A DNA stretch of 20,634 nt, from the NCBI GenBank assembly GCA_049999805.1, contig JBNGIO010005225.1:62001-82634 (forward strand). The letters run 5' to 3'. The notes beneath the pieces were generated by a model that was given only the letters and a program-made list of their open reading frames with translations, was not told where the DNA came from and did not search any database. Positions 1-13,678 of this stretch are shown here, in pieces (position 1 is the stretch's first letter; the number at the start of each line of letters is the position of its first letter). The position numbers and the translations under genes are program-made. The DNA is from Folioceros fuciformis. Lineage: Eukaryota.

Positions 1-819
1 ATGTCTCCAAAGAAAATGATATTTGCGCAGATGTGCAGATCCAGGTTGGACAGGATGTTAGATGTGAAGAAGAGTGTCGTAATGTGCAATCCAAACTCCC
101 AGAAGATCTGGCATCCTTGTCTGGCTCGGGCTGGGGACGATGAGGGCATGGCGTGCTTGTATTGGGGACTCGGAACACGGGGTATTCAGAATGCAATGCG
201 GGTTTCAGCCGAGCGATTGGCTCCGGAGTCTGTGTGTCTGCCCATTCCATGGCCTGGCCCCAGCTGCCGGGGCAGGAAAGGAAAGGATTACGGGATGTGG
301 TGATGGACTGTATGCTACAATTGTGCCGCCTAAAAACACGCAAGGATCCATCCTTCTACGGTAGTTGATGGAGGAAAGTGTGGAAAGCATGCCTGTCCAG
401 AAGTGGCAGATGTGTTTCTAAATCGGTACCAGGTGCGGGCGAGACTGCACGGAGGTCTGGTTGCGAGACACAGGCTGTCGCTGCAAACGGCGGTGTGTGC
501 GCTGGTACCGTGCAATGGAATTGCCAAGGGGTTTAGGGATCGGGCTTCATCGCGTGGGGAGTGGATCTTCTGTGCCTGCCTGGAGCGCGGGGCTTCCTCC
601 TTGCTTCCGGGGCGGCATGGGCTGGTACGGGGTCTGCGTTTGTGAGAATCCGAGCGGACATTGGCGGATGGTGATGGCCTTGGGGGTTTGCAGGGCATGC
701 AATGAGCGGTACGGGAGCAACTGTTGAGCCTCTGGGAGGTGTGATGAGACATGGAATGTGGTGGTTTCCAACCTGGTCGTGCATCCGCCGTGAAGAGTGC
801 TTGTACAAGGCAGAAATGT

Positions 820-1240
820 TCATGAAACCTGGTGATGGTGGCAGGTTGCGTAGCAAGGGCTTGGCGTGTGTGCACCGGCGTTGCGGAAGCAGAGGCCTTC
901 TTGTGGTCTTCTTCTGGATCTTCGCTCATTCGTGGAGCGAGAGAAGGTTCAGGGTTGTTGAGCTAGTGATTCCATGCACACCACCACAACCGTCCGGTGA
1001 GCGAATTTGAGCGGGAGCATGCTGATGTGCTGATGTGCTGGCGGGCGAGGGCGGGCTTCATCCATTTTGCTTAATTGATGGACATTGCGTGTATGCAAAA
1101 ATGCGGCAGGCTGTGAAAGTAAGTCTTGGAAGAGTTCAGGTGGTTTGGTTCATTCGGGAGCAACACTCTTGAACAGGGGAGGAAAGGACGGATCTGAACT
1201 GACAGGATACTCCCAGCAGGGCATGGGTCAGCAAACAAGC
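820..1240 (+). pseudogene. Degenerate (or low-quality-sequence) fragment of a PLS-class PPR gene
   Basis: 1202-1234 (acaggatactcccagcagggcatgggtcagcaa; TGYSQQGMGQQ) matches 14816-14848 of the PPR gene in this window at 31/33 nt. Collinear upstream traces: catgctgatgtgctg (HADVL, ~1018), tgcttaattgat (CLID, ~1068), gtatgcaaaaatgcggcaggctg (YAKCGRL-like, frameshifted, ~1091), and weaker tgaaacct...cgtagca...tgtgcac...gcggaagcaga (~822-892). No intact ORF. Confidence 0.55.
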
Positions 1241-1263
1241 TCTGCCTGCCGAGCGCCTCCGCT

Positions 1264-1503
1264 AGGAGAAGGCAGTTTCCTGTATCCGACGCTGTGCGAA
1301 GAGAGGCATGCGGTTACGTGTGTGCAGCTCTTTAAGGAGAAAGTAGCAACGCCAAGCCGTTGCCGCTAACCCTATTCCTTCATAAGGAGAGGGCAGTGTC
1401 CTGTACCCGACGCTGTGCAGAGAGAGAGAGAGCCATGTGGAAGTGTGTGTGCAACTTCTTCGTGAGAACGAGCAACTAGAAGCCGCTGCCAATCCGCTGA
1501 CCC
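1264..1503 (+). repeat. Two diverged tandem copies of a ~121-nt unit, ankyrin-repeat-like when translated
   Basis: 1264-1297 vs 1385-1418 are identical at 31/34 nt, and similarity continues (gtgtgtgca.ct...gagaa...agcaac...aagccg.tgcc). The broken translation GxS(F/V)LY..DAV..(H)VEVCVQLL resembles an ankyrin helix pair. The repeat is directly visible; the ankyrin call is tentative. Confidence 0.55.
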
Positions 1504-2371
1504 GATTTCTTCTTATTTTTTTGCTTGTAGCTTGCAGTCAGGTGAGCGTGCATGCTGTGTGCGGTGGCAGGGAAGACTCCTGGCTGTAGAAAGACGCTGA
1601 GAAGGTCCTGATGCCCCCCAGCCAGGCAGGTGTTTGATCGATGTGTTACCTGGATCCTATAGACCCAAATTGCATTGCAGGAAAGGACACGACACTCCGC
1701 CTGAGAAACGTCGTCCCAAAGCCTGGAAGAACAAGACTCCGCTCTTCGCAGGTAGGGCTGGTCCCTCGGATCTGCACTGCACTGAATGAGCCCCGCACGA
1801 AAAGATAGCGCACAGGCAGTGATCTGAAGCAAGGACGCAGGCTCCACCACGCAAGAAGTATGTTGTGAAGATGGGGAAGGCAAGGCCTGGACCGGATCAG
1901 AGACATTATTCGTTACGGCGCGGGCGAGCTGAGGGAGGTAACGAGTTCAGGGTACGGGTGAACGCCGAGTGGATGCTCGATGCCCAGGGCACCCACGCTA
2001 AATGTGTGACAGGCTGGCCGTCGGGGAAGGTGCAGCGGAAGCAGCCAGGGGACCTGCTGCCCCGGTCACCAGGATAAGCACGGTAACACAGTGGAACTCG
2101 GCGGTCGCCGGGTTGGGACTTGGACCCTGAATTTGCGTCTTGCCCGCTGGCTGTTTTTTTATTCCCGTTTAAATGGAGATACCAGCCACAAGGTGGTGGG
2201 CATCCAATGGACGGCGACGCCGGGCCGCGGACCTAAACACGAGAAAGACGGCCCATGTCACAATTAACCTACTGCCGTCCTGTTGCTCAATTTTTATTAT
2301 TATCATTATTCTCACTCTCGCACAAAGAGGAAAGTGTGGTAGGTAGTATAAGTTGGGCGTGGCCCCGGACC

Positions 2372-2505
2372 ATGGAAGAAGGCCGATTTGTGATTTGTGG
2401 GAGCTGCCGCGGGATCTCTCTGGACGACCCGCTGCAATGTGCGCGACTGTGTCCTCCTTCTCTCGACGAGCTCCGTCTCCTCGGCGCGCCTGAGCTGCTC
2501 CCACT
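2372..2505 (+). CDS. Candidate first coding exon of the malic enzyme gene (donor hidden in or after the N gap)
   Basis: ATG at 2372 gives MEEGRFVICGSCRGISLDDPLQCARLCPPSLDELRLLGAPELLP. This resembles the malic-enzyme N-terminal pattern RGxxLxxxP...TLEERxxLxxxGLLP, which is absent from the ORF starting at 2925. A possible acceptor is tattag at 2868-2873. Confidence 0.4.
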
Positions 2506-2605
2506 NNNNNNNNNNNNNNNNNNNNNNNNNNNNNNNNNNNNNNNNNNNNNNNNNNNNNNNNNNNNNNNNNNNNNNNNNNNNNNNNNNNNNNNNNNNNNNN
2601 NNNNN
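2506..2605. other. Assembly gap (100 N, placeholder length)
   Basis: Exactly 100 n characters. Confidence 0.99.
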
Positions 2606-2924
2606 GAAGGGAAGGGGAGGGGAAGGGGTGGAAATTGTTTTGTTTGTGAGATCTGCTGATCTGAGCTGTTTGTTTGTTCGCTTGCGTGCTGTGAAGGGAT
2701 TGCGCAGAGGAGGGAGGTGTGGTTGGTTTTCGGCGGCTCCGTATCTCAGTTGCTGGAGCTGCTGCGGGTGGCTTCGCTGCGCGCGGGAGCGAGACTCCAG
2801 CCAGTGGAGGGAGCTTGGGGCTGGGGAGAGTGCTGCTTGGCTGCCGAGCCTGTGGGGAGAATTGCTGTATTAGGGCTCTTGTTGTGCTGTACGGCCTGCG
2901 GCGGGATCGGGGAGCTCGGAGGAG

Positions 2925-6978
<4,054 letters not shown>

Positions 6979-7493
6979 ATATGGCAACCGCTCACCGCGC
7001 ATGGAGAGTGTAGTTGTGTAGCTACTCCTACCTCTGGATTTGTCGTGCGGAATAATGCTATTGAGGAAATGTAGCTCCTGAGAAGGGAACTGTCCAAGTT
7101 CTTCGGAGCAGAGAAGCTGTGTAAGATGTCAAGATTTTGGCGTTGTCCATGTTTGTCGACTATGTCGCGGAAATCGTTTGCTGAGGAAGAACTCTATATG
7201 AAGCGGTACAAAATATATCTTATCTTTTAGAAGAAGCTAGCAACCCCCCTTACGTCAAAATCCGTGCTTGGTATAGCATGTAGATAAACCTACCGTTTTC
7301 CGACATTCATTAAATCTGGAAAGATGCTTTATTTGCCTGAAACGAGGGTAACTTCTGGTTATGGACCGGGAGCGGAGCTTGTGAAACGTAGACTTGGACG
7401 CGGCGAACGTCAATGGTTCGATGAAGGGTTCAGTGTGACTCATTTTGCGCGCACTGTCTTCGGGTGCTCGGAGGAATTTTGGTGCGCACGGCC

Positions 7494-8243
7494 ATGGGGA
7501 AGTCCATCCGGTCCAAGCGGTTGAAGAGGATCAGGACATTGAAGAGGGAGCTCGTGGAGCCTCACTATGACAAGAAGGATGCTGCGAGGTTCGCTGCGCT
7601 GGACGCTGCGACCCACGCTCCCAAGCGTGAGTTGCGGCAGAAACGGCAGCCTGTGGGTAGGCAGGCCCTTGACCTTGTACCTTGATTGCCGTCTGATGCA
7701 GCTCGTCTCAATTGCGGTCGGTGGTCCGGCCTTTTGTGAATGGGAGTGCGAGAGCTGGTCAGCAGTTCTTCATTGCCGGGGAGCTTGGACCCTAGAATGA
7801 TCCATGCGTCACAGAAGCCGAGGGTCTGATATCCACAGACCCGTGGTTCACTCAGATGCAGAAAATTTCTAGGTTTTCTTGTGCTGGTAACCTAGATCTT
7901 GTTGGTGATGGTTGAGCTTTGGATGCGGGAAGGTACTGCTGCGAGCTGCACTTGAGCTCCTTCTGACTCTGTGTGACTGGTCACTGCAGAAATGGAAGAT
8001 CTTCCGAGAGGTCGGAGCCTCGTTAGAGAAGCTGCAGATGTAGATGCCGATGCAGAAGCTCCGGAAAATCCCCTGGAAAATTCCGCTACTGACGCGGTAG
8101 CCATGGAGGTTGACAACGGGCAGTCTAAGAAGACTCCTGTTCGCCGGCCCTTGAAGGGGAAGGGTGGTGTGATCAAGAAGCGATGGAAGAGTAAAGCCAA
8201 GATCAATAGGGACAAAAAGCGGAAGAGGAGAGCTCGGTTTTGA
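7494..8243 (+). CDS. Small basic protein, LLP-homolog (LAPS18/LLPH)-like, 138 aa. Exons 7494-7656, 7990-8243
   Basis: N-terminus MGKSIRSKRLKRIRTLKRELVEPHYDKKDAA fits the M(A/G)KSxRSK..KR.R motif of this family, and the C-terminus is Lys/Arg-rich (NLS/nucleolar-like). A phase-1 GT-AG intron joins the two ORF pieces in frame. Confidence 0.78.
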
Positions 8244-8678
8244 GGGGTCCTTTCCGGCTGATCCTGTGCACAAGTTGTCTTGTCACGTCATGGCTTTCGT
8301 TTGCCAAAGCGCTTTGTTTGGATCCTGTATTCTAGGGTTTTCTTTGCGGAGAGAAGTCACAGGTCTTCCCTGCTCTGAAGCTCCAGTAGTTTGTGCGCAC
8401 AGGGAACGCTGAGGACAACAGTTTTGCTCGTTGGGGAAGGGACCTTGGTAGACTAGACTACCTTGGAGGGCGGTTGGTACCAGGCAACGTGGGGGGCTTT
8501 GAACTGAGCCCTGCGTGTAATCACTAATTTTTAAGAGCTGTATGTAAGACGTGGGTTTGAGACCTGTCGATGTGGAATAATACAAAGCCTTAGTCTTGGT
8601 TAAGACGAAGTGCTAGTGAAAGCTCATATCACGCCGTCAGCAAAACTCCCCACGACAGTCCCGGTTGGACAGAGCACC

Positions 8679-10637
8679 ATGGCGATCCCCCAGCGAGGGG
8701 GAAAGTGGTTGATAGCAGCGTTGGCTACAGCGCCGACAATTCCGCTCTTGTCGCTGTTCTCAACCTGCCCAGCTGCTCTATCCTCCGCCGATGCTCCTAC
8801 AACTCATCCAGATACAGCGGGATCCAGTATGTAACTCTCTGATGTTTGTTTAAACTCGGCCACCAGGAAGGTTCTAGATTTGGATACACTTGTGCAACGG
8901 TGTGTTTGCTACACCCTTTTATTGGTTAGGTCGTGAGCCTTTTGATTGAAATTTCAGACGGTCCTTCGATGAATCGGTGGGTGTCCTGGCTCGTATTTGA
9001 TCCATCTGAAGCCTTCGTGTCGTGTTATGGTCACACCAGTCAAAAGCCATACCCTCCCGGTCCCCGAGTAGGCGATGTTTGCTGAAAAAAAGATGAGGGA
9101 GAAGTGAGAGAGAAGTGATGCCTAGTATACTGCACTTCTTGTCTTAAGGCCTGCGCCATCCAAGGCCTACATCAGCATGTTCTGGGTGTTTTGATGACAG
9201 GGCGAGCTGTGAAGGAACCTTTTACGGGAATCGAGTTTGATTGGAGCAAAAGAGCTGATGGGGTTGATGAGCACAATTCGTATCGGCTTCTGGGTACAGC
9301 TGTCCGATGTATGCTTGGTCAGGTGTGTATTTGGTGTGCTTGTGGAGCCCTTTTTCTCCCACACCTTTGAGCCTTTCTGACAATTCCTCCGATGTGTGGC
9401 AGTGCAAATTTGCAAAAGCACGAGCCTATGCTGTGGGGTTGTATGTCGAAGATGGTAAGCAGGGAAGCCTTTTGGTCAACACGGTGAGTTTGTGTGTGGA
9501 ACCTGCTGTCCAAGTTTCGACATATCCATGAAGTTGTTTCAAATTGATCTGAGCATTAGTGTGGATCTGAGATGTGTACTTGCAGGTGGAGGAGATTGCT
9601 CCAAATGACTCGTTAGGGGCAGCAGTGTTGGCTGCTCCTGTGGGACGAAATCTGCTACTCGTCATGGACAGGGATGTTGCTGGCCATCACATTGGAAAGG
9701 TCAGCATAAGATGCTTACTTTTGTGGCAGACGCTTGTCCTGTACGTAATATGGCTGACTCTTACTGAACAATATTGTTGCAGGGCTTTGATCGATCATTG
9801 CTACCCCGTATCCGCAAAGCTCAAGGAGGTGCGAAGACTGGGCCTGGCAAAGATGCGGTAAATGACTCTGCCCAAGTTTTGAATAATAACGTCTCTTGCT
9901 CAGCAATGGCTATACAACCTATTTTCTGTGCCTGCTACTGGCTGAGTACAGCACGTGGTTGACAGACTACTTGATGCAGCTACGGGATTTCACACGTTGC
10001 TTCAATAATGAGAAGATGATTCGCAAAGGGACTCGAATCTCCCTGGTAAGGTGGCTTCTTATGAAGAGTTACCGCATGCTGTGCTTCATGCTTTCCTAGT
10101 TTCGTTTCCTTCCATGGTTTGAACCAGGATGAGGCGAAAATGAGACATGAGTTGCAAAAAGGATCCTCTTGTTGCATTTGGCTTGATTCAGTAATCTTTG
10201 TGTGTGCTAATTGCTGCTTAACATTTTGGTTGGAAGCATCTTAGATGTTTAGATATGATGTACGCAGTAGGATCCTTATGCTTGCCATGGCTGTCTCCTA
10301 ATCTCCGTGGTTGTAACTGCTTGTAAATACTTCTGCCTGCAGCTGTGGAGAACTGATGATACTCTTGTAGTTTCCATCGACTCACGGTAAGGCTTCAGCG
10401 TGTGTTTCAGTTCCTCGAGTGACACAATCAAGATTTTGCGTATGCTGTCCGTTCACCTTATAAGCTTCATTCGCCTTACCTCGTGTTGCCTACTGATCTG
10501 GCTGCAGCGTCCGGGCAGTCATCTCGTCACCTGTTCTTTGCAGAGCTGTGTTTGATGTTTATCTCGCACCAGATTCTATTTTCAGCAAGTACCAGAACAC
10601 CGCATTCGTGTACCACAAGGATCAACACGAGGAGTGA
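8679..10637 (+). CDS. Chalcone-isomerase-fold (FAP/CHI-like) protein, ~259 aa. Exons 8679-8826, 9201-9322, 9403-9483, 9586-9699, 9783-9857, 9980-10045, 10343-10386, 10508-10637
   Basis: The spliced product contains EPFTGIEF, LLGTAVR, AYAVGLYV, GFDRSLLPR, KGTRISLLW and ISSPVLCRAVFDVYL, the ordered hallmarks of the CHI fold. All introns are GT-AG with matching phases (780 nt total). The first exon is the least certain. Confidence 0.82.
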
Positions 10638-10885
10638 AGTGAAAAGAACACAATCTTGTTGTCCTCATCTCTGCATTGTTGAAAACTCCAGTGCAACTAG
10701 CACGGGCATGTAGGGCTTGTAATAAGGACAAGCAGGTGTCCTGAAATCCATATTATGAACTTATCAAATGGACTTGCTACTGCGTTGCGAACTATCTCCG
10801 CTTGCATCAAATGACTCTGAATAATGGTAGTTGACGTGTTTTTTGATGGCTGCATGGTAATTGTGTTTGTGATTACCGTTGAGAG

Positions 10886-12913
10886 TTATTCAGTGACTGG
10901 TTCAGTTGGCGTTGTTGGTGACAGTGACAGGTTATTCAAACGCTCGAGAGATAAGATCAAGGCATGGCTGCTGAGCTTCCCATCTCCATGCGCCTTTAAA
11001 GCAATGTATAGTTGCTGAGTCTGCCACAGCCGGTCAACGAAACTGCAGAATGAGGTGAGTTGAAACACAAACGTTGCACAACGGAAGCGTGCCAAAGCTC
11101 TTGAAGCTAAAGGCTTCCAAAATCCGCACGTCAGTAAACATACCAGGGCAAGTCCGGGAAGTGATAGTGACATTTTCTGAGTTTCGGAGAGAGCAATGCC
11201 GAGATCTTTGATCTGATAGTCTGCGAATCCACCTGCAATTAAGCAAGCCACAAATTCAGTTGCCAAGATCAGTGCCGACGCACCGGATTCCGTGGGAGCG
11301 TACCTGGAGCGAAGTCTCTGCTCACAATCCTATCTGCAAACAGATCCAAGACTTTGGAACCAGCAGCCCCTCCTGATATTGCTCGCAGATATCTGCATTC
11401 AAAGCAGGCGCAGGTTTCTTGTCACCCGGAATATGCAAAAGTCTGGAGGGGAGCCATTTTTCGGACCACAGACGTGCAGCGTTTAGCTTACGTTGCGACA
11501 TCCAGTCCAGCCTTGTGAGCAAAGAGCATACCCTGAAAGACGCCGAGAGATTTAATGTTCTCATCTTTTCACACACTTTCCACAAAGCTACCCTGCTAAA
11601 CAGGATGGAACAGTTCCACCTACCTCAGACAAGCCCAGGACGTTTAGTCCGTAGGTGATCTGTAGGCCTCGTACCGAACCAGACCAGCCTGTCAGAATCC
11701 GGAGGACAGAGCACGACAGGTTAACCAATTACATACCTGATTTGCCAATTTGCAGCTCTGGCCAGATCCTGCGGGTCCCAAGTAAACAGCGGACCCAAAG
11801 CACTTGAACAATGGCTGCAAGGCCTTAACCTGAATTCAACGTGCCAGTCCACGAAGGAAGTTATTTGACGCAGGTAGTAGCTGAAATTCTTCCGCATGAG
11901 CTCAAGCACAAGAGCTACAAGCTCGCTTACAGTCTGCTCTTGGCCACCAGCAAATATAGCAAGGGTACCATTTTTGGCCCCTTTGTCGCCTCCAGACACT
12001 GGTGCATCTACGGCGTCACAACCCCTTAGCAGCAGACCAGCTGCACATCAGCTTTCCTCCAAAAAAAGCAGTTTCCTGCAACTCACTCATATGGGACTAC
12101 CACGATGGACACCACCACATTCAGGAAAAACTTCCCACCTCGTTTGTGCTGCCGAGAAAATTTCTCGGGCAAGAGAGGGTTCACTGCTCGTGGTGTCCAC
12201 AACCTGACATAAGCCAAAAACCAGGTGACACTCCTTGAACAGAATTAACTTCACAGGGCAGGGCGCAGAGTACCAGTCGATTTTCTGCTGCATGGAAGGC
12301 TTACAATGCCACCCTGTCCAAGGCCTTGCAGTATGCCGTTGGAACCGAGAATGACGTCTCTGACATCTTCGGGATTCCTGAAGTCACGCCCTTCATCACA
12401 ACCGAGGCACAATACGGGGTGCCTGTCACTCCATTTCCTCCAGATGCGATCCCCAGGACGCAGGCTTACCCCAACATAGTAAACACAACATCGCTTCGCT
12501 CTGCAACAGCCTTGGGCGAATCCACAAGCACGGCTCCCCTACTCTTCAAAGGGTCCGCCTTGCTGCAGTGAGGAAGCTAATTCCCACATCACTTCAGGCG
12601 TCCACGAACTTCGCAAGCAAAACAAGGTTGAGCCTCTCCTGTGCATTTCACTGCACCTGAGTGTACGGTTGTAGACCGTAATTGAATAGCCTCCACTCAG
12701 CAGGTGCCCGCACATTTCAAGGCCCATCACTCCGATTCCAATCCATCTGCCCGTCCCCTATTCCCCGTTCATAATGCATCGAGCCCAATAGTATCCGATT
12801 TGCAACAAAGGAAAGCAGGATATTGGTCAAGGATGAGGATGTCACCCAACACGCGTTTGGCTCGAGACAACTAAAGCAGCAGGGCCAGATCCCACTGGAC
12901 TCCCGCTTGCCAT
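10886..12913 (-). CDS. 3-hydroxyisobutyrate dehydrogenase-like / beta-hydroxyacid (6PGD-family NAD-binding) dehydrogenase, ~321 aa. Exons 12913-12846, 12746-12657, 12562-12470, 12377-12305, 12203-12139, 12024-11931, 11829-11737, 11659-11624, 11532-11492, 11392-11304, 11232-11144, 11020-10886
   Basis: Spliced protein: TRVGWIGIGVMGLEMCGHLL (GxGxMG Rossmann), VYNRT, DVVFTMLG, DAPVSGGD, GSGQSCKLANQ (catalytic Lys motif), KDLGIAL, LPGLAL, ALILSLERLNN. Eleven GT-AG introns with consistent phases, 966 nt total. Confidence 0.92.
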
Positions 12914-13678
12914 GGAGCTTGTGCAGCCCGACAATTGCGATGGCGAAGTAGGTGGCCTCCACCCCAACCGTGCTCCTGCCCGTCACTCGCCAGTCTTGAG
13001 GACCAGCTTCATCTACGGACACGACACTGACGACGAGGAGCCAGTTGTCTCTGGCATCAGGCAAACTGTATGGATTCTCGTACTGATAAAGATTCCCATA
13101 TTCCATATGGGCAGTGCGGAGATTTATTATATTCAAGGTGCTGGATCTCGTTCCAAGATTATGGTATAGTCTTAGTTTTCGGAAGGAAGCCCTTTCAGCC
13201 TCAAGTACAGTAGATAGACGCCAAACCAGCCATTCTTGCTGGGTTCAACTATGTTCCTACATGGTTTGAGAGAAAACTACACCCCATTCCGTACTTCCCT
13301 GTTCGCCAGCTGTGGCCCGGCTGCGTCGATTCCTCTTCTCCCGATCCGCACGTCTTGGGGCCTGCTGCCACATCTACATCTGGGCACCAGTGTATTGTGT
13401 TTGGCACTAGCGAATAAGCTGCAGCATCGTGCTTGTCTTGCCTAATCAGAGCATGGGGTCCCAGCTCCAGGTTGCTCTACATTCTACCAGCGCCAAAAAG
13501 AGCATGCCAAACTGTAGCATTAGACAGAACGCACATGGTCCAACCCAAAGCTAGCGACTCCGGCGTAGGCCTGCTCGACCTTGGAGTATTTCCTTCTGAA
13601 TTCCAGACCGAAAGTGTTAGCAGGTGGACGACTTCGTGCAGTCTTGTGAGACATGCCTGCTGCGAGAACTGGATCTAA

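Noticed and set aside
1-800. Several short overlapping ORFs and faint PPR-like similarity around 580-760
   Set aside because: No recognisable domain, and the similarity is too weak to assert by eye.
12816-12823. ATATCCTG on the minus strand resembling a U12 donor
   Set aside because: It lies inside a GT-AG intron (12845-12747) that already restores RVG|WIG, and it deviates from ATATCCTT.
12914-13678. Short ORFs in the divergent intergenic region between the dehydrogenase and PPR genes
   Set aside because: No motifs or coherent splice structure; most likely promoter/UTR sequence.
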